Assembly (NCBI GenBank): GCA_903839695.1
Contig: CAIMDI010000010.1
Span: forward strand, 6,703 to 70,702
Source of the DNA: Candidatus Tayloriibacteriota bacterium
GTDB taxonomy: Bacteria > Patescibacteriota > Minisyncoccia > Phycocordibacterales > PALSA-1337
Length of the DNA: 64,000 nucleotides
Reading direction: 5' to 3'
Numbering within the stretch: the first letter of the stretch is position 1; each line of letters begins with the position of its first letter. Position numbers and translations under genes: made by a program. Positions 9,732-20,569 of the stretch are shown in pieces. Under the pieces are notes generated by a model. That model was not told where the DNA came from and did not search any database. It was given only the letters and a program-made list of their open reading frames with translations.

Positions 9732-9980
9732 ATGAAAAATATATACAAAAAGATAATCGCATCACTTTTTTTTCTGGTAATATTTTTATTTGGATCACAC
9801 ATTGTTTCTGCTGAAGAAATATCTTATTCAAATGATTTAACTGTCGGTAGTGTAGGAGCTGATATAAAAAATAATCAAATTACAGCAGGGAATTATATAG
9901 TAAAGGTTTGTGTCGCAGGTACTAATGAATGTGATCAAAGCGATTCAGCGTTTATTATAAGTAATTCTGTTGTGTACTAA
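9732..9980 (+). pseudogene. internally deleted remnant of a secreted surface protein
   Basis: Signal peptide + DLTVGSVGADI (start of a PG-binding-like domain) joined directly to GNYIVKVC..CDQSDSAFII (end of an Ig-like domain). Confidence 0.5.
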
Positions 9981-9984
9981 TAAA

Positions 9985-10203
9985 ATGAAGCCTGGAATAT
10001 ACAAACATTCAAAAAAGGGAAATGAATACAAGGTTCATTTTATTGCAAAGAATTCAGAGACTTTGGAGGATATGGTCGTATATGAAGCGCTTTATGAAAA
10101 TGATATATCAAAGTATTGGGTGAGGCCAGTAAGTATGTTTGAGGAAATTGTAGAAATTAATGGAGAAAAAGTACCAAGATTTATTTGGATAAGAGAAAAA
10201 TAG
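9985..10203 (+). CDS. DUF1653 domain protein
   Basis: GIYKH..G..Y, SETLEDMVVYEALY, WVRP..MF, PRF. Confidence 0.88.
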   Translation: MKPGIYKHSKKGNEYKVHFIAKNSETLEDMVVYEALYENDISKYWVRPVSMFEEIVEINGEKVPRFIWIREK

Positions 10204-10204
10204 G

Positions 10205-11263
10205 ATGAAAAAAAGTAATTCAAAATTAAAAAAACTAATAATTCGCAATAGCACAGCAGAATTCCTGATGTTTACTTCTGATGCAAGAAGTAATGGTATT
10301 GAAGTTCGTTTTGAAAATGAAAATCTTTGGTTGACACAAAAGCTCATTGCTGAACTTTTTGAGGTTAGTGTTCCAACAATAAATGAGCATCTTAAAACTA
10401 TTTTTCATTCAAATGAATTAGATATTAAAACAACTATTAGGAAATTCCTAATAGTTCATAAAGAAGGAAGTAGATCAGTTTCTAGAGACATTGAACATTA
10501 TAGCCTTGAAGCAATTATTTCTATTGGTTATCGTGTAAACTCTGAAAAAGCGATGGCATTTCGCCGTTGGGCTACTGAGGTATTGAAGACATTTTCAGTG
10601 CGTGGATATGTACTTGATCACAACAGATTGGAGAATGGAACATATCTTGGTCAAAATTATTATGACTCGCTTATATTAGAAATTCGTGAAATACGAAATA
10701 GCGAAAGGAAGTTTTATCAAAAAATTACTGATATTTACACAACAGCGTTAGATTATGATGTCAATTCTCCATTAACACAAAGTTTTTTTAAAAATGTACA
10801 AAATAAATTACATTATGCAATACATGGGAATACTGCTCCAGAAGTTATATTAAAAAGAGTAAATGCAAAAAAAGAAAATATGGGATTAACAAGTTGGGAG
10901 AAGTCGCCAAAAGGAAAGATTTTGAAAACTGATGTTGTAATTGCAAAGAATTATCTAGATACTAAAGAATTGAAATCATTAGACCGTATTGTTTCAATGT
11001 ATTTGGATTATGCTGAAGATCAAGCAGAACAACAAATTCCCATGACAATGAATGACTGGGTAGAAAGATTGGATGCATTTCTTAAATTTAATAGAAAAGA
11101 GGTGTTAAATAATCCTGGAAAAGTTTCCGCAGAAATAGCAAAAAGCTTTGCTGAAAGTGAATTTGAAAAATATAGAATGGTTCAAGACAGGCTTTTTGAA
11201 AGTGATTTTGATAGATTTGTTTATGATATAAGGGGAATGGCAGAAAATAATAAAAAAATATAA
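10205..11263 (+). CDS. RhuM (virulence RhuM) family DNA-binding protein
   Basis: WLTQKLIAELF, IISIGYRVNS, FRRWAT, IREIR.SERKFYQKITDIY, VQNKLH. Confidence 0.92.
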   Translation: MKKSNSKLKKLIIRNSTAEFLMFTSDARSNGIEVRFENENLWLTQKLIAELFEVSVPTINEHLKTIFHSNELDIKTTIRKFLIVHKEGSRSVSRDIEHYSLEAIISIGYRVNSEKAMAFRRWATEVLKTFSVRGYVLDHNRLENGTYLGQNYYDSLILEIREIRNSERKFYQKITDIYTTALDYDVNSPLTQSFFKNVQNKLHYAIHGNTAPEVILKRVNAKKENMGLTSWEKSPKGKILKTDVVIAKNYLDTKELKSLDRIVSMYLDYAEDQAEQQIPMTMNDWVERLDAFLKFNRKEVLNNPGKVSAEIAKSFAESEFEKYRMVQDRLFESDFDRFVYDIRGMAENNKKI

Positions 11264-13029
11264 TGAAAAAAGATATTAAAATTTCATTTAGAGTTCTGAA
11301 AGAACAAATACTTTATTTCAAAAAGGAAATGATTGTTTTGATTGTGCTTACTATTTTTGGATCACTTGGAAATGGAATAGTTCCTGTCGTCGCAGGTAAG
11401 TTTTTTGATTCACTAATACTAAGCTCCCCTTCAGTAATTTTTGGTATTTTATTGACACCATTTGTATTGTTAGGAGTTTGGTTTTTCATTCAAATATTAA
11501 TAGCTTTGATTGAGAAAGAAATTAGTTATTCTAGGAATTTTGTTGGATTTAGTGTAAGAATTAATTATGTAAAGGGTATATACGATCGTTTGATAAATTT
11601 ACCGATGTCTTTTCATAAAGGAACAAAGTATGGAGAGATTACATCTAATGTAAACGAATCTGGTTGGGGAGTGCAAGTTATTATTGGAAATATTTTAATT
11701 GGTATTGTTCCACAATTATTAACTATTGTAATTGCATTTATTATTATTTTTTCTTTAAATGCATTACTTGCAATTGTGATCCTTGTTGCTGTAGTTATCT
11801 ATACTATAGTTTTAAGTATAACCAGCAAGAAATTGCATGAAATTCAGACAGTAATTTATCAAAGTTGGGAGCAATCTTTTGGATATAGCTGGGATACAAT
11901 TACAAATATTCAAGCAGTCAAACATGCAGTGACAGAGGATTATGAGTCAAAGAATATTGCCGATAGATTTTTAAAGCATATAATTTTGCCATTTTCAAAA
12001 ATTTATAAGTTAGAGACATCACTTGATTTGTTACAAAGAATAGTTATTACTTTTACTCAACTTATAATATTTTTCTCATCAATTTATTTGGTTAAAAGTG
12101 GGTCAATGACTATCGGAGAATTATTTGCATTCAATGCATACACAGCTTTAATATTTGGTCCTTTTACAATACTAAATAAAGATATTGGTGATTTACGTAA
12201 TTCGATTATTAAAATAGTAGCTACAGAAAAAATGATTGGTGAAGGTTATGAAATATACAATCCTGTTGATGAAGTTATAATTCCAGAAATTAAAGGTAGC
12301 GTTGAATTTAAGAATGTTTCTTTTTATTATAATAAAGAAAATCTTGTTCTTAAAAATATTTCATTTAAAGTTGAACCAGGTCAAATAATAGCCTTGGTTG
12401 GTGAATCTGGTGTTGGAAAAAGTACTCTTATTGAACTTCTTGCTGGATATCATTTTGCAAATGAGGGTGATGTGCTGATTGATGGTATTGATATTAAAAA
12501 AATAGGATTAAAATTCCTACGTAAACAAATAGCTACTGTGCCTCAGGAAGTAATTTTATTTAATGATACAATTAAGCATAATATTTCCTATGGTAATTTT
12601 GATTCTATAGATGAACAGATTGAAGAAGCCTCAAAAAAAGCTCATGCATACGATTTTATAATGAAATTTCCAAATACTTGGCAACAAATAGTAGGAGAAA
12701 GGGGAGTAAAACTTTCTGTGGGGCAAAAACAAAGAGTTGCTATTGCCAGAGCTATTTTACGAAATCCTAAAATATTGATATTAGATGAACCAACATCTGC
12801 TCTTGATGCGGGATCTGAAAATATTATTACAGGGTCTCTGGAGGAATTAATGAAAAGCAAGACAACATTTATTATTGCTCATCGTTTGAGTACTGTAAGA
12901 AAAGCTGATAAAATTCTAGTGTTTAAAGATGGTTCTATTGTAGAATCAGGAAATCATTCAGAATTATTAAAAATCGAGAATGGTGAATACAAGAGATTAT
13001 ACGATTTACAGGTTGGATTACATAACTAG
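11263..13029 (+). CDS. ABC exporter, fused permease/ATPase
   Basis: TM domain; GESGVGKS, LSVGQKQR, ILDEPTSALD, IAHRLST. Confidence 0.95.
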   Translation: MKKDIKISFRVLKEQILYFKKEMIVLIVLTIFGSLGNGIVPVVAGKFFDSLILSSPSVIFGILLTPFVLLGVWFFIQILIALIEKEISYSRNFVGFSVRINYVKGIYDRLINLPMSFHKGTKYGEITSNVNESGWGVQVIIGNILIGIVPQLLTIVIAFIIIFSLNALLAIVILVAVVIYTIVLSITSKKLHEIQTVIYQSWEQSFGYSWDTITNIQAVKHAVTEDYESKNIADRFLKHIILPFSKIYKLETSLDLLQRIVITFTQLIIFFSSIYLVKSGSMTIGELFAFNAYTALIFGPFTILNKDIGDLRNSIIKIVATEKMIGEGYEIYNPVDEVIIPEIKGSVEFKNVSFYYNKENLVLKNISFKVEPGQIIALVGESGVGKSTLIELLAGYHFANEGDVLIDGIDIKKIGLKFLRKQIATVPQEVILFNDTIKHNISYGNFDSIDEQIEEASKKAHAYDFIMKFPNTWQQIVGERGVKLSVGQKQRVAIARAILRNPKILILDEPTSALDAGSENIITGSLEELMKSKTTFIIAHRLSTVRKADKILVFKDGSIVESGNHSELLKIENGEYKRLYDLQVGLHN

Positions 13030-13043
13030 ATCAAAAAACTAAA

Positions 13044-14996
13044 ATGAAAATATTAAAAAGTTGGTTACAAAAACATATAGTAGAAACATTACCTAGTGAT
13101 GAACAAATCGAGCAAGCTTTGATTCTAAAATCTTCGGAAGTTGAGGGAATTGAGAAAATCAAATTAACATTTGATAATAAAGTTATTGACGATACTGTTT
13201 TTGATATTAAAGTTTTGCCTGACCGCGCTCACTATATGTTGTCACACAGAGGAGTAGCATATGATCTTTGTGCTGTCTTAAATCTAAATTTAAAACAAGA
13301 TGAAGAAATTTTACCTATAAAAGGAGAACATATTAAAGTAAATATTGAAACAGAATTGTGTAGTAGATATACTGCAACATCTATTACTAACATTGCCAAT
13401 TCATCATCACCTGAATGGCTCAAAAATGCCCTAGAGGCTGTAGGAGCTAGGTCAATCAGTGGAATCGTCGATGCAACAAATTATGCAATGTTTGACACGG
13501 GACAGCCTTTGCATGCTTTTGATGCTGACAAAGTATCTGGATCACTAACTGTAAGAATGGCCAAAGAAGGTGAAGAAATTCAATTATTACCAGAAAGAAT
13601 TTTTATAGAAGGGAAATGGGAAGAAAAAGAAAGATTTTTAAAATTAAATTCAAGTGATATGGTGATTGCAGACAAAAAAGGACCACTTGCAATAGCTGGC
13701 GTTAAAGGGGGTTTAAGAGCAATAGTTGATGAGAATACCAAAAATATTATTTTAGAATCCGCTTGTTTCAATCCCGTAAGTATTCGAAGAACTTCTACAA
13801 AATATAATATTAGAAATGATTCTTCAAAAAGATTTGAAAATGAAATCACACCGTATCTGACTGATTGGGGAGTGTCTTGTTTTATAAAAATAATAAAGGA
13901 AATATCACCAAAATTAGAAATTGGTTTTATCACAGATGTAAGTAATAAATTACCTGAGCCTTTTATAGTTTCATTAACTCATAAGAAAATTGAATCAATA
14001 TTAAATTTTACTATTTCTGAAAAAAGAGTTTTAAGTATTTTGGAAAAACTAGATTGTGTTATTGGTGTTTCTGATGGTTTGTATAGTGTAACTCCGCCAT
14101 TTGAGCGACTTGATTTGAGAATTGCAGAGGACATTATAGATGAAATCGGTAGAATAGAAGGTTTAGATAAGATTAAAAGTATTATCCCTAATGCTAAAAA
14201 TAAACACGAATTTTCAAAGGAATTTTTAATTGCTGAAAAGGTTAAAGATTTCTTTTTGAGCAAAGAATTTTCAGAAATTCAAACTAGATCATTTGCTGAC
14301 AAAGGTGATATTGAAGTTTCTTACCCTATGGCTTCTGATAAAGGCTTTCTAAGAGTGAATCTTTACAATGGAGTTATTGAATCTATGAATTTGTCTATAA
14401 GTCAGGCACCTTTGCTTGGTCTTGATAAGATTATGATATTTGAGATTGGAAAAACTTTTCCCAAAAGTGGAGAGCAATTAGACCTTTGTTTTTCAATTAA
14501 TTATACAAAAAAAATAAAAAATAAAGATCAAATTATAAAAGACGAACTTGAAGGATTAATAAAAGAATTAGAATCTGATTTTGGAGTAAAATTGTTCTCA
14601 AATATAAATCAAAATTTTGCTTATATAAGTAATCTTGATAAATTGGATGTAAAATTGAACTTTAAATCAATAAAAATAGAGAAAGGTTCAGATTCCGTAT
14701 TCAAACCATTTTCTAATGAGCCATTTATGGTGAGGGATATAGCGCTATTTGTTGATGGTTCTGTTGGCGCAGAAAATGTACAAGAAGTCATAAAGAGCTC
14801 AATAAACTCAATCACAAAAGACCTTTTGGTTAAGGGTCCAGACCTATTTGATCAATTCGAAAAAGAAGGGAAAAAGTCATTAGCATTTAGAATGATATTT
14901 CAAGCAAATGATAGAACATTAACAGATTTAGAAGTAAATAGTTTTATGGAAAAAGTGTATTTTTCCGTAAAAGAAAAAGGTTGGCAGGTTAGATAA
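13044..14996 (+). CDS. pheT: phenylalanyl-tRNA synthetase beta subunit
   Basis: PDRAH..SHRGVA, GQPLHAFD, DSSKRFE, DIIDEIGRI, C-terminal FDX-ACB domain (RDIA, KSLAFR, RTLTD). Confidence 0.94.
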   Translation: MKILKSWLQKHIVETLPSDEQIEQALILKSSEVEGIEKIKLTFDNKVIDDTVFDIKVLPDRAHYMLSHRGVAYDLCAVLNLNLKQDEEILPIKGEHIKVNIETELCSRYTATSITNIANSSSPEWLKNALEAVGARSISGIVDATNYAMFDTGQPLHAFDADKVSGSLTVRMAKEGEEIQLLPERIFIEGKWEEKERFLKLNSSDMVIADKKGPLAIAGVKGGLRAIVDENTKNIILESACFNPVSIRRTSTKYNIRNDSSKRFENEITPYLTDWGVSCFIKIIKEISPKLEIGFITDVSNKLPEPFIVSLTHKKIESILNFTISEKRVLSILEKLDCVIGVSDGLYSVTPPFERLDLRIAEDIIDEIGRIEGLDKIKSIIPNAKNKHEFSKEFLIAEKVKDFFLSKEFSEIQTRSFADKGDIEVSYPMASDKGFLRVNLYNGVIESMNLSISQAPLLGLDKIMIFEIGKTFPKSGEQLDLCFSINYTKKIKNKDQIIKDELEGLIKELESDFGVKLFSNINQNFAYISNLDKLDVKLNFKSIKIEKGSDSVFKPFSNEPFMVRDIALFVDGSVGAENVQEVIKSSINSITKDLLVKGPDLFDQFEKEGKKSLAFRMIFQANDRTLTDLEVNSFMEKVYFSVKEKGWQVR

Positions 14997-15056
14997 AATT
15001 TGCTATAATTAAAGCACATAAACAATTAAATAATTCCCTAATAACCTTATAAAATC

Positions 15057-17129
15057 ATGGCAAAAGAAGACAAAAAGAAAGATAGTTATGGAGCTGATTC
15101 CATACAAGTCCTAGAGGGTCTAGAACCCGTAAGAAAGCGTCCTGGAATGTATATCGGTACCACAGGTCCAGATGGTCTTCATCATCTTATTACTGAAATT
15201 TTTGATAACTCCAGAGATGAAGCTATGGGTGGTTTTGCCAATCATATCGAAGTCTCTCTTTTGCCAAAGAACAGAATTAGAGTTGTAGATAATGGTAGAG
15301 GCATTCCAGTAGACATTCACAAATCCACAAAAGTCTCAGCTCTAGAAACCATTATGACAGTTTTGCATGCTGGAGGTAAATTCGGAGGTGAAGATTCAGG
15401 ATACAAAGTTTCCGGAGGTTTGCACGGCGTGGGTGCATCTGTGGTAAATGCTCTTTCTATATATGCTCAAGTTTGGGTTCATAAAGATGGAGGTATTTAT
15501 ACACAAGAATATTCTCAAGGAAAGAAAAAGGCAGCAGTAAAGAAAATTGCCTCTACAAAATTTCACGGTACTATAGTTGCTTTCGAGCCAGATGTTGAAA
15601 TATTCAAGGAAATCAAATTTGATTTTCCTAGAGTAGTAAATTCATTACGCCAGCAAGCATATTTGGTTCCCGCTTTACGTATTACGGTTATTGATGCCAG
15701 AGAAGCTGTTGATTTAAAATTAGATCCTGAAACAACATATATAAAAGATCTAAACCTACAGGTTCCCTCACAAACATTTTTCTTTGAAAATGGTCTTACT
15801 TCACTTGTAAAATTCAATAATCAAATTCTCAAACCAATACACAAAAACATTTTCTATGTTGAGAAAAAAGCTGAGGGAGTAGAATCTGTAGAAGTGGCAT
15901 TACAATATGCAGACGACATATCTTCTCGTATTCTTCCATTTGCCAATAATATCTACAATCCAGAAGGAGGAACACATGTCACAGGCTTTAAAACATCACT
16001 TACTAGAAGTTTAAATACCTATGCAAAGAAAAATAATCTCATAAAGGAGGGTGAAGATAGTTTTACAGGTGACGATGTTCTAGAGGGACTTACTGCAGTT
16101 ATTTCCGTTAAATTACGTGAAATTCAGTTTGAAGGTCAGACAAAAGCCAAATTGGGTTCAGTAGAAGCGCAAGGAGCGGTGGCTACAGTTTTCGGAGAAG
16201 CATTCTCAGCTTTCCTAGAAGAAAATCCTGAAGATGCAAGGGCAATGATTATGAAAGTTGTTCTTGCTATGAAAGCTCGAAAGGCAGCAAAAGCAGCTAA
16301 GGATAGTGTCCTTAGAAAGGGTGCATTGGAGGGCATGACATTACCTGGTAAGCTCGCTGACTGTCAGACAAATGTCGCATCTGAATCAGAATTATTTATT
16401 GTGGAGGGAGATTCCGCAGGTGGAACAGCAAAAACTGGTAGAGATCGCAAAACCCAAGCCATCCTTCCTCTGAGAGGAAAAATTCTAAACATAGAAAGAG
16501 CAAGATTGGATCGTATGCTTGGATCTGAACAAATTAAAAATCTTGTATTAGCTTTCGGAACTGCTATTGGAGACACATTTGATATTTCTAAACTTCGTTA
16601 TCACAAAATTATTCTAGCAACAGATGCCGACGTTGACGGAGCGCATATTCGTACACTTATCCTTACATTACTTTATAGATATTTTAAGCCATTGATTGAA
16701 GGAGGATATGTCTATATTGCACATCCACCATTATATAAAGTAAAAAGAGGTAAAGAAGTATTGTATTTCTATTCTGAAGAAGAAAAAATAAAAGCTTTAG
16801 GAAAAGAAATAGAAAGTATTAGCGAAGTTGATTCTGCACAAGAGTCAGAACTACTAGAACGAGCTGGTGCAGAGGTAGAGGAGCAGGGAGAAGTTACGGA
16901 AGGGAAGAAACAGAAGATTTTAATTCAAAGATATAAGGGTCTCGGAGAAATGAATGCAGAAGAATTGTGGGAGACAACAATGGATCCAGAAAAGCGTATA
17001 TTAAAACAAGTAAATATAGGTGACGCTCAAGAAGCAGATAAAGTATTTGATATGCTTATGGGTACAGATGTTCCAAGTAGAAAGATGTTTATTCAGTCAA
17101 ATGCAAAGAAAGCAACAATAGATATTTAG
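15057..17129 (+). CDS. gyrB: DNA gyrase subunit B
   Basis: VRKRPGMYIG, EGDSAGG, PLRGKILN, RYKGLGEM. Confidence 0.98.
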   Translation: MAKEDKKKDSYGADSIQVLEGLEPVRKRPGMYIGTTGPDGLHHLITEIFDNSRDEAMGGFANHIEVSLLPKNRIRVVDNGRGIPVDIHKSTKVSALETIMTVLHAGGKFGGEDSGYKVSGGLHGVGASVVNALSIYAQVWVHKDGGIYTQEYSQGKKKAAVKKIASTKFHGTIVAFEPDVEIFKEIKFDFPRVVNSLRQQAYLVPALRITVIDAREAVDLKLDPETTYIKDLNLQVPSQTFFFENGLTSLVKFNNQILKPIHKNIFYVEKKAEGVESVEVALQYADDISSRILPFANNIYNPEGGTHVTGFKTSLTRSLNTYAKKNNLIKEGEDSFTGDDVLEGLTAVISVKLREIQFEGQTKAKLGSVEAQGAVATVFGEAFSAFLEENPEDARAMIMKVVLAMKARKAAKAAKDSVLRKGALEGMTLPGKLADCQTNVASESELFIVEGDSAGGTAKTGRDRKTQAILPLRGKILNIERARLDRMLGSEQIKNLVLAFGTAIGDTFDISKLRYHKIILATDADVDGAHIRTLILTLLYRYFKPLIEGGYVYIAHPPLYKVKRGKEVLYFYSEEEKIKALGKEIESISEVDSAQESELLERAGAEVEEQGEVTEGKKQKILIQRYKGLGEMNAEELWETTMDPEKRILKQVNIGDAQEADKVFDMLMGTDVPSRKMFIQSNAKKATIDI

Positions 17130-17232
17130 CTCTTATACATATATTAACCAGCATTAAAGCCATATATTGTATAGTTTAGATAACTATACTTGACTTTTCT
17201 TATAATATGGTTTATAGTTACAAGATAAAAAC

Positions 17233-18648
17233 ATGAAATATATATCATTAAATACAAACCAAATTGCAGCAAAAATACTATTAGCTTCACTTATTGCGCT
17301 AACGATTTTTACTGTGTTCAAACCAAAACAAGCAAATGCCGGTTTCAATTTTATGAGACTGATAGATCCTCTTTGTTTGACTTGTGATAATGATAATACA
17401 AAGACAACAATTGTTACTCAAGTTGTTCCTGCTCCTCCAGTTATAACTAAACCTGTTCATTATGGTGGTGGTACAATCCCGATATATACATATCCAACAC
17501 CTACATATCCATCTACTCCTACTTATCCTACAAATAATTACAGCCAACTTTATGCTTATTGTTACCCGATATATTCTCAAGGAAAAGTTGGAGCCAATAT
17601 GACATGGGTAGTTTCTTCTAGTGGAGGAAATGGAAATTATTATACTACTTGGTCTGGAAACGATGGTCTTTCTGGTTATGGATCTAGTATAAGTAAAATA
17701 TATTATAATACTGGATCAAAGTATGCATCAGCCAATGTAACATCTGGTAATCAGTCTGTTAATGCAAATTGTACATCAAATATTGAGATTTACGATAACA
17801 ATAACAATTACAATAATAATTACAATAATAACTACAATAACAATAATAATTATAATAACTACAATAATTATTCTCCAGTTTATGTTTCTTGTTCAGCAAA
17901 TACAACTTCTATATCTAAAGGTTCAAATGTAGTATGGCAAGCATATCCTACAGGTGGTAATGGTTACTTTACTTATTATTGGTCTGGTACAGATTCTTTA
18001 AGTGGATACTCAAGTTCAATAAATACATTTTATAATAGTGTTGGTCTTAAAAATGCCAGTGTCACTGTCACTTCAAATGGTCAATCAGTAACACAAATGT
18101 GTTCAAATTACGTAAACGTTACTTCTCCATATACAAGTGTCGTAAACAATACAAATCAAAATAACGGTACATTGCAAGTAGCTTGTTTCCCAGATAAAAC
18201 AACAGCTAGAACTGGCGCTATAGTCACATGGGGTGTAGAAGCCATAGGAGGAAATAATATTTTTACTTATTCATGGACTGGTACAGATGGATTATCAAGT
18301 AATCAATCTTCAGTAGCTACCGAATATGGTTCAACAGGATCAAAAAGTGCTACTGTAACTGTTTCATCAAATGGGCAGTCTATAACTCAAGCATGCGGTG
18401 GTAAGGTAAATATTGTATCTGGTAGTACAGGAAATAATGCAAATAATGGTACAAGTAGAAATAATACAAACACAAATACAAATACAAATAAGGCTTCAGT
18501 AAGTTCTCAAGATCAACAAGATAATTCTTTATCAGCAGCATCACTATTCTCATTAAAAAATATTCCATGGGGCTGGGTGGCTGTACTTGTTATATTGGTG
18601 CTTATGTTTACAGTTATGTACCTTATATTCAATAGAAATAAGATATAA
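17233..18648 (+). CDS. secreted, C-terminally anchored surface protein with three PKD/Ig-like repeats
   Basis: Signal peptide; 3x C..W..GGN..Y.WSG.D.L..Y...G.K.A.V.V..QS..C; Asn/Tyr tract; C-terminal TM + RNK. Confidence 0.8.
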   Translation: MKYISLNTNQIAAKILLASLIALTIFTVFKPKQANAGFNFMRLIDPLCLTCDNDNTKTTIVTQVVPAPPVITKPVHYGGGTIPIYTYPTPTYPSTPTYPTNNYSQLYAYCYPIYSQGKVGANMTWVVSSSGGNGNYYTTWSGNDGLSGYGSSISKIYYNTGSKYASANVTSGNQSVNANCTSNIEIYDNNNNYNNNYNNNYNNNNNYNNYNNYSPVYVSCSANTTSISKGSNVVWQAYPTGGNGYFTYYWSGTDSLSGYSSSINTFYNSVGLKNASVTVTSNGQSVTQMCSNYVNVTSPYTSVVNNTNQNNGTLQVACFPDKTTARTGAIVTWGVEAIGGNNIFTYSWTGTDGLSSNQSSVATEYGSTGSKSATVTVSSNGQSITQACGGKVNIVSGSTGNNANNGTSRNNTNTNTNTNKASVSSQDQQDNSLSAASLFSLKNIPWGWVAVLVILVLMFTVMYLIFNRNKI

Positions 18649-18699
18649 ATAAAAGACTAAAGAGAACGGGTGTTGCTCCAAATATAATACAGTCTAAAT

Positions 18700-18736
18700 A
18701 AACAAAAACTCCTTCATATAGAAGGGGTTTTTGTTT
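18700..18736. terminator. bidirectional intrinsic terminator
   Basis: AAACAAAAACTCCTTC-atata-GAAGGGGTTTTTGTTT between convergent genes. Confidence 0.85.
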
Positions 18737-18751
18737 GCTAATATATTAATC

Positions 18752-20506
18752 CTATTTTCTCTCTTTAATCTCTATAAGTAATTTTTCTAGTATTTCCTTT
18801 TCGGTCAATTGGCCAATCTGTCCAGCGTCACGACTCTCAAGAGTAGCTTTGCCAACCGCCAAGTCTTTGTCACCAACAATAATGAAATAAGGTGCTCTGG
18901 AAACTTTCGCTTGACGAATCTTTTTGCCAAAACCGTCTTTAGATAAATCTGTTTCAACTCTGATCATGTTTGAATGGAGTAAATCATGTATTTCTATAGC
19001 CTTGGCATGATGTGCTTCAGAAACTGGTATAACTTTGACTTGTACAGGGGCGAGCCATAATGGCATATTTCCACCATAATGTTCGATTAGGAAGCCCATA
19101 AAGCGCTCATGAGTTCCAAGTGGTGCTCGGTGAATACACAATGGAGTTCTTTCTTTGCCTTCATTGTCGGTATAAACTAGACTAAATCTTTTGGGTACAG
19201 CGAAGTCGACTTGATTCGTTGCCAATGTGAATTCGCGACCAATAGCGCTCCAAACTTGAACATCTATTTTAGGACCATAAAAAGCAGCTTCATTTGGAAC
19301 TTCGATGTATGGAATTTTTGAATCAATTAATACTTGTCTTACCATATCCTCTGTTTTTTTCCATAATTCAGGATCATTAACAAATTTTTCACCAAGTCTT
19401 TTTGGGTCGTGTGTAGAGAATCGCATTATGTATTTTTCAACTCCAAATATTTTGAAGTATTGAATATACATTTCGTTTACTGCTCGAAATTCGTCAGCAA
19501 ACTGCTCTTCGGTACAGTAAATATGTGCATCATTCATTTGCATCATACGTACACGCATTAATCCAAATAACTCACCAGATTTTTCATGCCTATAACAAGT
19601 ACCATATTCGGCGAGTCTTAATGGTAGATTCTTATAACTTCTCTGTTCTGCAGAAAAAATTTTGTGATGATGTGGACAATTCATCGCTTTTAAATAATAT
19701 TTACCACCCTCGTATTCCATAGGTGGAAACATGCTTTCCTCATAATACGGTAAATGACCACTCATTTTGTACATAGACTCTTTTGCTAGATGTGGAGTTC
19801 TAACACGATGATAATTCATTTTAAACTCAGTTTCTTTTGCGAGTTTTTCAAGTTCTTCTATCATAGCTGTACCATTTGGTAACCAAAGTGGAAGGCCAGG
19901 TCCAACATCTTCGTCGAAAGTGTATATTCCCATTTCTTTTCCGATTTTTCTATGATCTCTTTTTTCTGCTTCTACTCGCATTGTTTCGTAATCATCCAAT
20001 TCCAATTTTGATCCGAATGCTAGTCCATATATTCTCGTCAGCATTTTATTGTCTTCACTTCCTCTCCAGTATGCACCTGCAACTCGAGAAAGTTTGAATG
20101 AATCATGCGGAATTTCTTTTGCTGGATTTTCTGAATGTCCTCCACGGCAAAGATCTGTAAAATTACCACATGTGTAAAGAGTAATTTTTTCTCCTTTTTT
20201 AATGATTTCATCGATTAATTCAAGTTTGTATGGATTGTCTTTAAAATGTTCTTTTGCTTCTGATTCTGTAACTTCTTTATGTGTAAATTTTGTCCATGAC
20301 TTTAGATGGCCTTTCATCTTTTTTTCTATATTTACTAAGTCTTTTTCAGAAATTTTTATATCAGCTGGGAACTCGAAGTCATAATAGAAACCATCATCAA
20401 CGGCTGGTCCGATAGTGTTTTTTGTTCCAGGATAAATATCCAATACAGCAGAAGCTAATAAATGTGCCAGAGTATGGCGAATGTTGGGTAATTGTTCATT
20501 TTTCAT
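18752..20506 (-). CDS. thrS: threonyl-tRNA synthetase (no TGS domain)
   Basis: IRHTLAH, DLCRGGH, RDHRKIG, KAMNCPHH, AFYGPKID. Confidence 0.98.
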   Translation of the reverse strand: MKNEQLPNIRHTLAHLLASAVLDIYPGTKNTIGPAVDDGFYYDFEFPADIKISEKDLVNIEKKMKGHLKSWTKFTHKEVTESEAKEHFKDNPYKLELIDEIIKKGEKITLYTCGNFTDLCRGGHSENPAKEIPHDSFKLSRVAGAYWRGSEDNKMLTRIYGLAFGSKLELDDYETMRVEAEKRDHRKIGKEMGIYTFDEDVGPGLPLWLPNGTAMIEELEKLAKETEFKMNYHRVRTPHLAKESMYKMSGHLPYYEESMFPPMEYEGGKYYLKAMNCPHHHKIFSAEQRSYKNLPLRLAEYGTCYRHEKSGELFGLMRVRMMQMNDAHIYCTEEQFADEFRAVNEMYIQYFKIFGVEKYIMRFSTHDPKRLGEKFVNDPELWKKTEDMVRQVLIDSKIPYIEVPNEAAFYGPKIDVQVWSAIGREFTLATNQVDFAVPKRFSLVYTDNEGKERTPLCIHRAPLGTHERFMGFLIEHYGGNMPLWLAPVQVKVIPVSEAHHAKAIEIHDLLHSNMIRVETDLSKDGFGKKIRQAKVSRAPYFIIVGDKDLAVGKATLESRDAGQIGQLTEKEILEKLLIEIKERK

Positions 20507-20569
20507 ATTAGAATAATAGCAGATTAATGAAGGAGATAAAAGGTGTTGACATGTATAGCTTATTGATTC

